Of a DNA stretch of 64,000 nucleotides, positions 42,133-51,361 are shown piece by piece. The stretch lies in the IMG/VR virus record IMGVR_UViG_3300033066_001967; one strand, written 5' to 3'. Numbering within the stretch: the first letter of the stretch is position 1; every line of letters starts with the position of its first letter. Under the pieces are notes generated by a model. That model saw nothing but the letters and a program-made list of their open reading frames with translations, did no database searches and was not told where the DNA came from. This DNA is from an uncultured virus (IMG/VR IMGVR_UViG_3300033066_001967) (Duplodnaviria > Heunggongvirae > Uroviricota > Caudoviricetes). The position numbers and the translations under genes are program-made.

Positions 42133-43305
42133 TTAGCCGCTGTAGCGGCTGCCCGATTGCTGCGGGTGTTCCCGCAGGTAGTCGGCGTAGAGTTCAGGGT
42201 CGAACTCCAGCGCCTTGGCGACCGACATGGCCTTCTGCATCTCGCTCTTCACGATGGACTGCACGCCCACCATGCCAGGCAGTTCCGTCTTGAGAATGTC
42301 GGATTTCTCCAACATGACGGTCGCGCTCTTGTTGATGCGCGACATGGCGTCGTTGCCGCCAGCGGCGGACGCGCTACCGTGCGGCTGCGAGCCGCTCGGC
42401 TGGAAGAGTGCGCTCTTGGCGAGCGCGAGGCTCGACGCTTTGAGCACGCCGAATTGCAGCTCGGCGGCTTCCTTCGAGACCTTCGTCTCGGCGTCGAAGA
42501 GCATCTTGCCGAGTTCATCTGCGCTCTTGCCCGGGACGAACTTCAGCTCGTCCTTCGCCTTGGTGACCCAGTCCTTCAGCAACTGAGCTTCGTCGCGTTC
42601 CTTCGCTTGCTTCTCCAGCTTGGCGATGGTCGCGGTGAAGGCCTCTTGCTGGGACTTCATCAAGGTTTCAAGCTGGGCGACTTTCTCGTCGCTCGCTTGC
42701 TTCGCCACGTCCGTCGTGGCCCCGTTGCCGTTTCCGGCTTGCGTCTTGTCGTCCTTCGACATTGGTGGCTCCTTCTTGTCCGTCGGTTTATCCGACGGTC
42801 GTTGCTGTGTGTTTCCCGGCGCCGGCTCTTTGTTGCCTGCGCTCGGGGTGTCTGCCGGCTTGTCTTTGCCCGGCGCCGGCTGTTCGTTCGGTTCCTTCGC
42901 CTCGCCTGGGTCCTTCGGGTCAGGCTCGGTGGAAGCGTCGGCGTCGGGAGCGCCCGTCGCTTGTCCAATGAGGCCCGGCAGCACTTCGCTGACGAACTTC
43001 CCGAACGCGCCCATGTCCTGGTAGGCCGCCGCAATCTTCACGAGCGCCTTCGCGGCCTCGATGGCTTGCGGGTCGGTCAACCCTACTTGCTTCACCTTCT
43101 CCGCGAAGGCCGCGTCATCGACGGGCAGCTCGCCCTTCGTGATGACCTGCGCGATGAGTTGGGCGACTGTGGCCATGTCTTGCTCTCCCTGTTCGTTCGA
43201 TTTCTTGACGCCGAACTTCTTTCGGTTAGCGCCTCGCTGGACGAGCGAGACCACGAGGGTCTCGATGTCAGTCAGTTTGGTCACTCGTCCTGCCGCTCCA
43301 GGCAT
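42133..43305 (-). CDS. Scaffolding protein with N-terminal protease-like segment
   Basis: KLTDIETLVVSLVQRGANRKKF, then P/K/E low-complexity linker, coiled coil and C-terminal PELYADY. Confidence 0.7.
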   Translation of the reverse strand: MPGAAGRVTKLTDIETLVVSLVQRGANRKKFGVKKSNEQGEQDMATVAQLIAQVITKGELPVDDAAFAEKVKQVGLTDPQAIEAAKALVKIAAAYQDMGAFGKFVSEVLPGLIGQATGAPDADASTEPDPKDPGEAKEPNEQPAPGKDKPADTPSAGNKEPAPGNTQQRPSDKPTDKKEPPMSKDDKTQAGNGNGATTDVAKQASDEKVAQLETLMKSQQEAFTATIAKLEKQAKERDEAQLLKDWVTKAKDELKFVPGKSADELGKMLFDAETKVSKEAAELQFGVLKASSLALAKSALFQPSGSQPHGSASAAGGNDAMSRINKSATVMLEKSDILKTELPGMVGVQSIVKSEMQKAMSVAKALEFDPELYADYLREHPQQSGSRYSG

Positions 43306-44524
43306 TGGCTACCTCTCCAAGTTCGACGCACGTAACGTTCGGCATTTCACTGCGATGCTCAATCGGGACTCGCTTGCCGAAGCCCTCCATCGAGAAGGCC
43401 GCGATTTCCCCCGCCTCGAACTTCTTCCAGAGGCGGTCGCTGAGCTGCACGCCGATGACCCAAGCTCCCGAGTGAACCACTTGCCCGTTGCTGTACTTGC
43501 GGGAGTAGACTCTGTGCGGGAGATTCAGGTTCGCCTTCTCTAGTTCGCCGGGTGGGTAGTCCTCGACGAAGCTCTCCACCACTCGCGCGTCGTATACGGT
43601 CTCCTTGTGATGGAGACCTACGCCACCACTCTTGGTGAGGAAGTCGTGCGCTGTCTTTCGGATTTCTTTGGGCGGTGCCCAGTCGCTTTGCGTGTCGACA
43701 GTGTAAGGGTCGAGCACCACTCCGTAGACCACGTGCTCGACAGGGTCGGCTTTGTGAATCAGCGTGTCTATGGTGGCTCGGTCGGTCGGCGTGGCGCCCT
43801 TTGCGACGAGTTGCACTGAGTATGCCTGGCGGTGTGAGGTAACGTCAAGGCGCTTTCTAATGGCCGCCGTCTTGCGCGCCAGCTCCTCGCCGAACTTGGC
43901 GATGTCGCCGCGCACCTCCGCGAGCGTCGGAAGGTTCCACGAGCGCTTGTCCTTCACGAGATGCGTCTCGTCGCTCATGCACACGATGACGTCCGGGTTC
44001 GCGCTCTTGATGAAGGCCTCCAGCGCGTCCTCGCCGTGCGCGCCGCTGCACCACGCGAGCATCACATCGTCACGACTAATGCCGAGAGGAGCGAGCACGT
44101 GCTTCTCCAGCGCGGCGCGGTCGGCGTTGACGAACGGCTCACCTCGCAGCTCCTCTGCTGGAGTAGGTGCGCCCTTCACCACGAGCACGCGGCCTTTGCC
44201 TACGACGTGGAAGTCGTTGTTCTGCTCGGGCAGCGCGTCGTGCTTGCGCGCGTAGTTCTTCTCGACGTTGTTGACTGGCGCGAGCGATGTGACGTTCGGG
44301 AGGATGAACGTGTGCGAGCCTGCCGGCACGACGAAGTTGCTGGCCGACGACGTCTGCGGCTGCGACGGTTGCCCAGCGAACTCTCTCCAGCTTTGGGCGT
44401 AGGCCTCCGCGATGACTCGCGACTCTTCCAGCGTGTGTCCGGTGACGACGAGGTAGTCGATGTTCTGCTTGATGGTCTTCTCGTCGAAGCCCGGCTTGAG
44501 TATGCCCTTGGATACGTCGGTCAT
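43268..44524 (-). CDS. XkdF-like capsid maturation protease with N-terminal UDG-like domain
   Basis: VYGVVLDP..VDTQ.D....EI.K.AH.F; H; VVESF; GAWVIGV; W.....GEI.AFSMEG. Confidence 0.85.
   Translation of the reverse strand: MTDVSKGILKPGFDEKTIKQNIDYLVVTGHTLEESRVIAEAYAQSWREFAGQPSQPQTSSASNFVVPAGSHTFILPNVTSLAPVNNVEKNYARKHDALPEQNNDFHVVGKGRVLVVKGAPTPAEELRGEPFVNADRAALEKHVLAPLGISRDDVMLAWCSGAHGEDALEAFIKSANPDVIVCMSDETHLVKDKRSWNLPTLAEVRGDIAKFGEELARKTAAIRKRLDVTSHRQAYSVQLVAKGATPTDRATIDTLIHKADPVEHVVYGVVLDPYTVDTQSDWAPPKEIRKTAHDFLTKSGGVGLHHKETVYDARVVESFVEDYPPGELEKANLNLPHRVYSRKYSNGQVVHSGAWVIGVQLSDRLWKKFEAGEIAAFSMEGFGKRVPIEHRSEMPNVTCVELGEVANAWSGRTSDQTD
43819..43848 (-). promoter_or_regulatory. Candidate internal sigma70-like promoter
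   Basis: TTGACG-N18-CATACT on the minus strand, between the two domains of the protease ORF. Confidence 0.35.
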
Positions 44525-44533
44525 TGTTGCTCC

Positions 44534-45346
44534 CTATTCGCCGTCTAGAGTGACGCCCAAACGTTCACTGCCGTTCATGTCTGCCACGACACGGTCCTTC
44601 GTGTCTCCGACGTCCCGGAACGTGACGGTCGCCGTAGCTCCTGCACCAGGTACGATGGTCGTCTTGCCTGCTGCGACTGCGGTGAGGATGCGCACGGCGT
44701 CGCCGTAGGAGAAGCCGGCTTCCATGATGGCGCTGAACACCGCGTCACCGACGTTCGCCGTGCTTAGTAGTTCGCCGGTCACAGAGATGCCGGCGCTCAT
44801 GAACGCCTTGGCCAGGAGGTCGGCGGACATCGAGCTGCTACCAGTCAACGACGCAAGAAGACCTGCCGACGCGCCGAGCGCTGCGGTCAAGTCGCCGCTG
44901 CCTGAGAGCGCAGCCACTGCTTCTAGCTTGCCGAGGATGCTCGCGCTGACTGTGCCGCTGCCAGTGATGCTCGCGACTGCTGAGAGGATGAGTCCAAGCG
45001 CGGCGTTGGTGATATCGCCGGAGCCTGTGAGAGGTGCCACCGCGTTGAGGCCGCCGGCAAGGTTCGCGCTCGACACGTTGCCGGAGCCCAAAATGCGTTT
45101 ACGCGACGCCATGCCGCCGCTCTTCTGCGGCATGTCCCAGCACGTCGGGTGCAGATAGCCTTCCGGCACTGCCGCGCGGTTGGTGACGTTCTGCACGCGC
45201 GCCTCTCCCAGCGCGAACAACCTACGCGCGCCAGGACTCCAAGCGACACCGCGCTCGGCGTTGTACGACCCGCTCGTCGTCGCGTTGCCGCCCATGTAGC
45301 GAGCGTTGCCTTGCGCGAGCCGCACGCAGTTGCTGATGAGCGCCAC
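44534..45346 (-). CDS. Accessory structural protein (G/S/A-rich repeats)
   Basis: Repeated L.G.G.L.A units; C-terminal RIL.AVAAGK...TFRD...KDR. Confidence 0.65.
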   Translation of the reverse strand: MALISNCVRLAQGNARYMGGNATTSGSYNAERGVAWSPGARRLFALGEARVQNVTNRAAVPEGYLHPTCWDMPQKSGGMASRKRILGSGNVSSANLAGGLNAVAPLTGSGDITNAALGLILSAVASITGSGTVSASILGKLEAVAALSGSGDLTAALGASAGLLASLTGSSSMSADLLAKAFMSAGISVTGELLSTANVGDAVFSAIMEAGFSYGDAVRILTAVAAGKTTIVPGAGATATVTFRDVGDTKDRVVADMNGSERLGVTLDGE

Positions 45347-45348
45347 GC

Positions 45349-46509
45349 TTATCCGCCCCATCCGAACTCGGCCACGCCCATGAACGGGCTGGCCGTCGTC
45401 GTTGCGCCGGTGCCGAAGAGCAACCACTGAAGGCACGCCCCGTCGTCGATTTTGGGAAGGCTCACGAGCTGCGAGCGCAAGTCGCGCTCGGTCAAGATGC
45501 CGGTGACCGGCAGCGGTATCTCGGCAATCGGCTTCACGATGGCGAGTGCGACGACACCGGTGCCGGTGTACGCCACGCCGCCGGACCACGTGAACGAGTT
45601 GATGCGGGCGACGCCAGTGTCCGCAGCTTGCAACGGGAGGAACGGACCGAAGCGGCCGGTCGCGTTGCCGCTGTGCAGGATGCGCGTCGCGTACGCGTCA
45701 GCCGCTGCGCCCATGTTCGGAGTGCCTTGGAACGCGCGCGTGCCAGCACCGGGAGTATCGGTGACGTTGTCGTACGCGCTCGCGGTCAAGTTCGGACCGC
45801 CGGTAGCTGGCGCGGTCTGCGAAACGAACAGCGCCTGATTGCCTACACCGCTAGAGCGCGTATGAATCATCAGCGTGTGCGTGCCGGTGCCTGCGTCGGT
45901 GAACGCCACAACGGTGCCGGCGATGGCGTTCGCGAGCGATGTTGCCACGCGCGCGGTCGTCGCGGACACGCGCACGAGGTAGTAGTCGGTGCCTGCCGAG
46001 AGACCGGTCGGCAGCGCACCGCCGGAGTTCGTGAAGCGTACCTTGGTTAGCGTGTTGAAGTCGTTGGTGTACGTGAGCAAGAGGCCGGAGCTGCTCGACG
46101 CCGTGAACGTGTTGCTGTTGATGAGCACGCGCGAGCCGGTGCCAGTCACGTTCGTCGTGCTCAGGCGATAGTAGCCTTGCAGGTCCACCAGCATTGCAAT
46201 CCAGGGCGCGCCTGCTGCGGCGACCATCATCGCCTTGAGCGAGAGCAGGTGCTTGGTGGCCGGAGTCACAACGCCGCCGTGTTGCGGGCCGATGACCACG
46301 GTGCCGTCGCCGCTCGTCTCCCAGCATGACTGGAATAGTAGGTCGGTGCCTGGGAACGTGCCGGCGTTCGGGTTGCCGGCGAGGCCGGTGAGCATGTGCC
46401 ATCCACCTGCGGTGTGAACAGGCGCGGTGCTCTTCGTGAAGTCCATGCGCCCGCGCTTTCCGTTCACGGTCATTTGGTTCAGCATGTCGTCGTCGGATGT
46501 GTAGCCCAT
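45349..46509 (-). CDS. Accessory structural protein, paralog B
   Basis: GPFLPLQAADTGV..I.S; KPIAEIP; LP.IDDGACL; terminal FGWGG. Confidence 0.7.
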   Translation of the reverse strand: MGYTSDDDMLNQMTVNGKRGRMDFTKSTAPVHTAGGWHMLTGLAGNPNAGTFPGTDLLFQSCWETSGDGTVVIGPQHGGVVTPATKHLLSLKAMMVAAAGAPWIAMLVDLQGYYRLSTTNVTGTGSRVLINSNTFTASSSSGLLLTYTNDFNTLTKVRFTNSGGALPTGLSAGTDYYLVRVSATTARVATSLANAIAGTVVAFTDAGTGTHTLMIHTRSSGVGNQALFVSQTAPATGGPNLTASAYDNVTDTPGAGTRAFQGTPNMGAAADAYATRILHSGNATGRFGPFLPLQAADTGVARINSFTWSGGVAYTGTGVVALAIVKPIAEIPLPVTGILTERDLRSQLVSLPKIDDGACLQWLLFGTGATTTASPFMGVAEFGWGG

Positions 46510-46519
46510 GGCGTTTCTC

Positions 46520-47371
46520 CTAACCCCACACGAACTGGCCGAAGCCGGTGAGGGTTCCTGCCGCAACGGAGGCGGCGCAATTCATGACGAGGTTCAGATA
46601 CGCGCCGTCGAAGACAGCGGGTCCAGGCGAGCGTTGGTCGGCGAAAGAGAACTCGGCAGGCGTGTTGATTTCGCGGATGGACAAGTCGGCGAGTGGCTTC
46701 ACCATCACGAGCGTTCCGAGGCCGCCGTTGAGCACCGTGTTCTGGAAACTCACGATGGAGCGCACGCCACTATCGCCGCTTGCGAGCTGAAGGAACGGGC
46801 CGAAGCTCGCGTTGCTGGCCGGTTGCGACGTGAGCAGCGATGTGATGCCGGCAGCAGTCGTCGTATAGAAATGCACCGGGCTCGTCTTCGTGACGCCGTC
46901 TTGGTTGACGTAGGTGAACGTGAATTGCCCGCCACCTGCGGTCGGCGCGACGCACACGAACATGACCTGCACTCCGGCGCCGTCGGTGTAGCGCGGGAGC
47001 GTGATGCTGTTGTCCATCACCTGCACGTCGGACTCGTCGCCGTCGACGAACGGGTAGTAGAGCAGGTAGTCGAGCAGGATGTACTGCCCAACGAGCGCAG
47101 CTGTAGGAGTTTGCAGCGTCACGCAGTCGAGGTGCTTGCGGCTCGGCGTCTTGTCGGAGCCGTGGAAGATGCCACGGAAGCTATCGAGCGTGGCGGCTAC
47201 GAGCGGCGAGCTGGCGTAATAGTTCGGCGGCGGGTTGCCGGCGGCCATCGACAGGTCTACCCACCAGTTTGCGACGGTGGCTTGCGATGGAACCTTACGG
47301 AAGCTGCACACGCTCATCTGCCCGTTGACGGCAGCGGCGGCGTACTCCCCGTAGTTCGCAAACCCGGGCAT
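46520..47371 (-). CDS. Accessory structural protein, paralog A
   Basis: LPRYTDGAGV; GPFLQLASGDSGVRSI.S; KPLA; DGAYL; terminal FVWG. Confidence 0.7.
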   Translation of the reverse strand: MPGFANYGEYAAAAVNGQMSVCSFRKVPSQATVANWWVDLSMAAGNPPPNYYASSPLVAATLDSFRGIFHGSDKTPSRKHLDCVTLQTPTAALVGQYILLDYLLYYPFVDGDESDVQVMDNSITLPRYTDGAGVQVMFVCVAPTAGGGQFTFTYVNQDGVTKTSPVHFYTTTAAGITSLLTSQPASNASFGPFLQLASGDSGVRSIVSFQNTVLNGGLGTLVMVKPLADLSIREINTPAEFSFADQRSPGPAVFDGAYLNLVMNCAASVAAGTLTGFGQFVWG

Positions 47372-47372
47372 G

Positions 47373-47546
47373 TTACCCGGCCACCTGCGACTCGCCGGTG
47401 GCGGTCGCGCTGATGTCGGCGAGCACGCCGGACGTCTCGTGCTTGCACGCGCGGTCGATTTTGCCGTCAACGACGACGGCGCGCTCGCCGCACTCGGCGC
47501 ACTTGTACTTCACATTGTTGCGTAGTGGGTCGGTTGCGTTTTTCAT
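47373..47546 (-). CDS. Small zinc-binding protein
   Basis: YKCAECG...RACKH; translated by hand, below the ORF-track cutoff. Confidence 0.5.
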   Translation of the reverse strand: MKNATDPLRNNVKYKCAECGERAVVVDGKIDRACKHETSGVLADISATATGESQVAG

Positions 47547-47716
47547 TTCTTCCTCAGGCTCGCGAGCAGCTCTTTGAATTGCTCGTCCAGTTGCTTGTAG
47601 TCCTCGAACGGCACCCAGTTATCTTCATCGGCGAGGTAGTCCCGGTAGAGCACGACGTCGCCGGCCTCGTCTGGAACGAGCGTGCCGTTCTCGTCAATGC
47701 GGTAGCGCGGTATCAT
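47543..47716 (-). CDS. Hypothetical small protein
   Basis: ATGA coupling at both ends. Confidence 0.45.
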   Translation of the reverse strand: MIPRYRIDENGTLVPDEAGDVVLYRDYLADEDNWVPFEDYKQLDEQFKELLASLRKK

Positions 47717-48147
47717 GCCTCGGTCACCGTCAGAGCGCCTGCCGCGAACTGCGGCTGAATCAAGTTCGCGACGGCAAGCGACGCGTTGAGCGCGCCAGCG
47801 TAGAGCACCTTGCCTGCGCCCGAGGACGCCGTGCCGATGGCAACGTGCGTGATGGTCGCACCGCTGACACCGCACTGGGCGAATTGAATCAGCGCAGCAT
47901 TCTGCGTGGCGCCGCCGCTCGGGATTGCCCACCCGGACGTCGTGCGAACGACAGCGACGCGTACGTAGTTCGTGTACGCCGTCTCGTTGGTGAGCTGCGA
48001 GCCGCCGACGCCGGGGTTCGCCGTGTGCAACGACAGGTAGAGGTTCCCTAGTGGGGACGAGCCTGCGTTGTCGGCGATGTTCGCCCAGTTCGTGGCGTTG
48101 AAAATCAAGGCGAGCAGGTCGTTGCATGCGTTCGTTGCTTTAGGCAT
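47713..48147 (-). CDS. Small fibre-type structural protein
   Basis: LYLSLHTANPG...NE..Y..Y.R; N...I.F; ITH.AI; L..GAL. Confidence 0.7.
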   Translation of the reverse strand: MPKATNACNDLLALIFNATNWANIADNAGSSPLGNLYLSLHTANPGVGGSQLTNETAYTNYVRVAVVRTTSGWAIPSGGATQNAALIQFAQCGVSGATITHVAIGTASSGAGKVLYAGALNASLAVANLIQPQFAAGALTVTEA

Positions 48148-48377
48148 CACCATCCTCCGGGAAAGTAACTGTTGCCCGAGCCGCCGCCGCCGCCCGAGTT
48201 GTCGTCCACGTACTTCTTCGTCGCTGCATCTTGGTCTGCCGTAGGGTTTAGCAGATTCACTATCTTGAAACCATTGGCGTTTAGGTTCGCGCTCAGCGGG
48301 TTGGTGACCGCGCCACCTCCGGTGTCGACCAGGTCGAACTTGCCGGAGAGCGCGTTGAAGAGGAACTTCAGTGCCAT
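48147..48377 (-). CDS. Small fibre-associated protein
   Basis: FNALSGKFD; KIVNL.NPT..QDAATKKYVD. Confidence 0.6.
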   Translation of the reverse strand: MALKFLFNALSGKFDLVDTGGGAVTNPLSANLNANGFKIVNLLNPTADQDAATKKYVDDNSGGGGGSGNSYFPGGW

Positions 48378-48613
48378 TACGTGCGCTCCACCTTGATGAG
48401 GTTGCCGCCGCTGTAGGTGAGCGTGAGCGTTGCGACCGTCACCGTCGCGAGCTTGTAGACGACGGTGGTCAGGTCGCTGCCCGTGTAGCCCAGCTCGATG
48501 GTGTCGAAGTTCGCCGGGGTGAGCACGGAGTTGATGCTCGTAAGCAGCGCGCCCTGCGCGTCCACCTTCGCCACGAACGCATCGTCGTCACCTGTGATTT
48601 GCGCTAGGCTCAT
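48377..48613 (-). CDS. Small structural protein
   Basis: D.I.L.YTG..LTTVVYK...VATLTLTY.G.NL..V. Confidence 0.6.
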   Translation of the reverse strand: MSLAQITGDDDAFVAKVDAQGALLTSINSVLTPANFDTIELGYTGSDLTTVVYKLATVTVATLTLTYSGGNLIKVERT

Positions 48614-49497
48614 GCAACCCTCAGAACAGTGGAGCACTCGCAGTGCGGGTGCGCCGGTGGCCCTTTGATGACGCGTCCGTCAACCGGCGAGACCCAGTGC
48701 CCGTCGAGCTTCACGCGAATGCCGTCGAGCTTCTTGCACAGGTCCTTGCACGCGCTCGCGCTCGCGACCCACTCCTTCTTGGCGTTGTCGGAGATAAGCC
48801 CGTCGCTGCGCGCTACTTGCCACGCTGTGTCGCGGGCCTGGGTCTCGATAGCGACAGTCTCGGTGCGTGCGATTCTCTCAGCGCGTTTTTGGTGAAGCTC
48901 GTCGGAGTAGCGAGCGACCGCAGTTTGGATTTTCCGCTCAGGTACGCCAGCAGCTCGCATGGCATCTTCCCTGCGGAAGACTGCGGTGCTCTCTCGGTCG
49001 GTGAGTCCGACGACCCACTTGATGTCGCGTATGACGTTCTCTGGCCTGACGTCAGGGTCAAAACGCATTGCGAGCGTGTTCCGCAGGTTGTCTCGCTGCT
49101 CGTCTCCAATACCCACGACGAGGTCTGCTGAACGGTTGAAGATAAATGTATCATCGTGAGGCACCTCCGCGAAGCGATTGAGCGCCGGCTCCTTCGCCTT
49201 CGCCACGCGTATGCCGGAGCCCACGCGCGCGTACTCTTTGTCGGCGCTGAACTTGAACGCGTTCTTCAGCGCGCCGTTCATCACATGCACGAGCCCCGCC
49301 TTGATTTCGGCGCTGCGCGCGTCACGGGGGTCGGCAAGGTTGGGCAGCGCCGCAAGCGCGCCGTTCAAGTCGCGGCGCTGCAATGCGCTCAGCATATCAC
49401 GAAGCACGTCTGGAGTGAGCATTGCGTGCGCGAGGGCGCGCCAGACCTCGGCGATGCGCGCTACGACGCGCGGGTCCGGTGGACGCGCAACACTCAC
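48610..49497 (-). CDS. Head morphogenesis / minor capsid protein (SPP1 gp7, MuF family)
   Basis: RAERIARTET; KEW; C..C..LDG; PPAHPHCEC. Confidence 0.85.
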   Translation of the reverse strand: MSVARPPDPRVVARIAEVWRALAHAMLTPDVLRDMLSALQRRDLNGALAALPNLADPRDARSAEIKAGLVHVMNGALKNAFKFSADKEYARVGSGIRVAKAKEPALNRFAEVPHDDTFIFNRSADLVVGIGDEQRDNLRNTLAMRFDPDVRPENVIRDIKWVVGLTDRESTAVFRREDAMRAAGVPERKIQTAVARYSDELHQKRAERIARTETVAIETQARDTAWQVARSDGLISDNAKKEWVASASACKDLCKKLDGIRVKLDGHWVSPVDGRVIKGPPAHPHCECSTVLRVA

Positions 49498-51353
49498 TTG
49501 GGCAAGCCGCCCGGCAGGTGCTCCCCGACGATGTCGTCCGCGCCCTTGGTAGGCACGCCCGGCGGCTTGGGTCCGCCTCCGAACGGCGTGGTCGGCGCTG
49601 CCGGCGTGGGCTTGAAGCCGGCGCCAGCGGAGCCCATGACCTTCTCGGCGTCTTCGACGGAGAGGCGGAAGCCGATTTGCAGTTGGGCGATGCCGGAGTC
49701 GCGAGGGATGGTTCCCTCGGTGACGGCCTGCACGACCGCGAGCATGCCCGCGAGCTGCGCGCCGTTCATGGCCGTGTCGGCGAGCTTGGTGTCCGCCGGC
49801 ACTGCGACGCCTGCGACTGCGGGCGACGCGCCTGGCGGCGTCGTGGTGTTCGTGGGAGCCCCTGCCGCTGGCGCGCCTGGCTGCGCTTGTGCGCTCGGCA
49901 ATCCACCAGGCAGGTGCTCGGCCACGAGTTGGTCGGCGGTTTTGACGCCGCCGCTTTCGCCCGGTGCGCCGCCTTGTTCTGCGGCACCAGGCAAACCGGT
50001 AGGTAGGTGTTCGGCAATGAGCTGGTCGGCGGTCTTCACGCCTTCGGCCGTTTGCGCCGCCTCGCTCTTGGCTTCGTACGGAAGGTTCGCGAGGTCGTAG
50101 ATTTTCTGCTTGAGCTTCTCGCTCTCGGGGCCGACGAAGCCGACGAGGAAGAGCTTCTCCAAGAGCGTGCCGAGCTTCTCCAGGTCCGGCGTCTCGACAT
50201 CGCCTCGCTTGAAGTGCGCGAAGTTGCGAGGGTCGAAGCAGTTCAGCTCCATGAGGTTGTCGACGGGACCTCGGTTGATGGTCTCCTCCATGTTGTCGAG
50301 GAGCGCGCCTAGCGCGAGACCGAAGAGGTTCGTCGCGCTGTCGTGCTGCGCGAAGCTGCCGACGGCGTTGCTCTGCACACCCATCTGCATGAACTGCGCG
50401 AGGAAGACCTGGAGGATGTCCGTCTTGAACGAGTCCTTCACCTTCGTGATGTCGAGCGCGCGCTGGCCCGGCGACGCCATGAGCTTGAAGAGCCAACCGC
50501 TGTCGGTGCCGTCGGGGTTCTTCGACGATGGCACGAGCGCGAAGCCTCGCTCGTTGTTCTTCACCGCGCCGAGCATGCGCTCGACAGCGAGTCGCAGCGC
50601 TTTCTTCTCGGCGGGCGCGCCTGGGTTGAGGATGTCCGCCGGCACCTCCATCGTGGGCAAGCCGGTGAGGTCGCGCTCTATGCCGATAGCCTCGACGTCC
50701 TCGATGTGCTTGAGGCGCAGGTACGGGATGATGGCGTTGCGGAAGAGCGAGCGGCCCTCGGGGTTGTTCTTGAACTTCTCGGTGCGGAAGTGGACTAGGC
50801 GCTCGATGGGAATGAACGTGTAGCGCGAGACGTAGTTGTCGCGCTGCCACATGCCCTTGAGGTCGAAGGTGTTCTTGTCGAACTCCCAGCGCTCGATGGA
50901 GTCCTGCGAGCGCAGCTCCATCTTGCGCCAGCCGATGAGGCCGTCCTCGTACTTCGAGTGAATCATCTTCACGTCAGGGTTGTGGCCCCGGCGCATCTTG
51001 TGAATGACCTCCAGCTCGGCGTGCCCGAACTCCACCATCGAGAGGGCCTCGGCGATGAAGTCGTGCCACGTGTGCTCCATGTCGTCGCGACCGGTCTCCA
51101 AGAGCATCGCGGAGCGCTCGGCCTCGGCGGCGTCGACGGGCTCCTTGGCTTGCTCGACGTTCCACGCCACCTGGCGCACGAGCGAGTGGAGCAGCGAGCG
51201 TATCGCGCCGGCCTGCGGGTTGTTGTGCGTGAACTCCTTGAACAGCTCCAGGCCGCGCGGGCCTTTGAGCTGGCGCATGAACTCTTCGAGGACATAGCCG
51301 CCTGTGCGATACAGACCGCTTGTGCCGAGGATGTCGAGGTTCATTTCAGCCAC
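49494..51353 (-). CDS. Portal protein (DUF935-like)
   Basis: G..GL..GG.V.EEF..L.G; FGH...E; NPEGRSLFRNA; EAIGIERDL.GLP; GSFA. Confidence 0.9.
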   Translation of the reverse strand: MAEMNLDILGTSGLYRTGGYVLEEFMRQLKGPRGLELFKEFTHNNPQAGAIRSLLHSLVRQVAWNVEQAKEPVDAAEAERSAMLLETGRDDMEHTWHDFIAEALSMVEFGHAELEVIHKMRRGHNPDVKMIHSKYEDGLIGWRKMELRSQDSIERWEFDKNTFDLKGMWQRDNYVSRYTFIPIERLVHFRTEKFKNNPEGRSLFRNAIIPYLRLKHIEDVEAIGIERDLTGLPTMEVPADILNPGAPAEKKALRLAVERMLGAVKNNERGFALVPSSKNPDGTDSGWLFKLMASPGQRALDITKVKDSFKTDILQVFLAQFMQMGVQSNAVGSFAQHDSATNLFGLALGALLDNMEETINRGPVDNLMELNCFDPRNFAHFKRGDVETPDLEKLGTLLEKLFLVGFVGPESEKLKQKIYDLANLPYEAKSEAAQTAEGVKTADQLIAEHLPTGLPGAAEQGGAPGESGGVKTADQLVAEHLPGGLPSAQAQPGAPAAGAPTNTTTPPGASPAVAGVAVPADTKLADTAMNGAQLAGMLAVVQAVTEGTIPRDSGIAQLQIGFRLSVEDAEKVMGSAGAGFKPTPAAPTTPFGGGPKPPGVPTKGADDIVGEHLPGGLPK

Positions 51354-51361
51354 GCTGGTTT

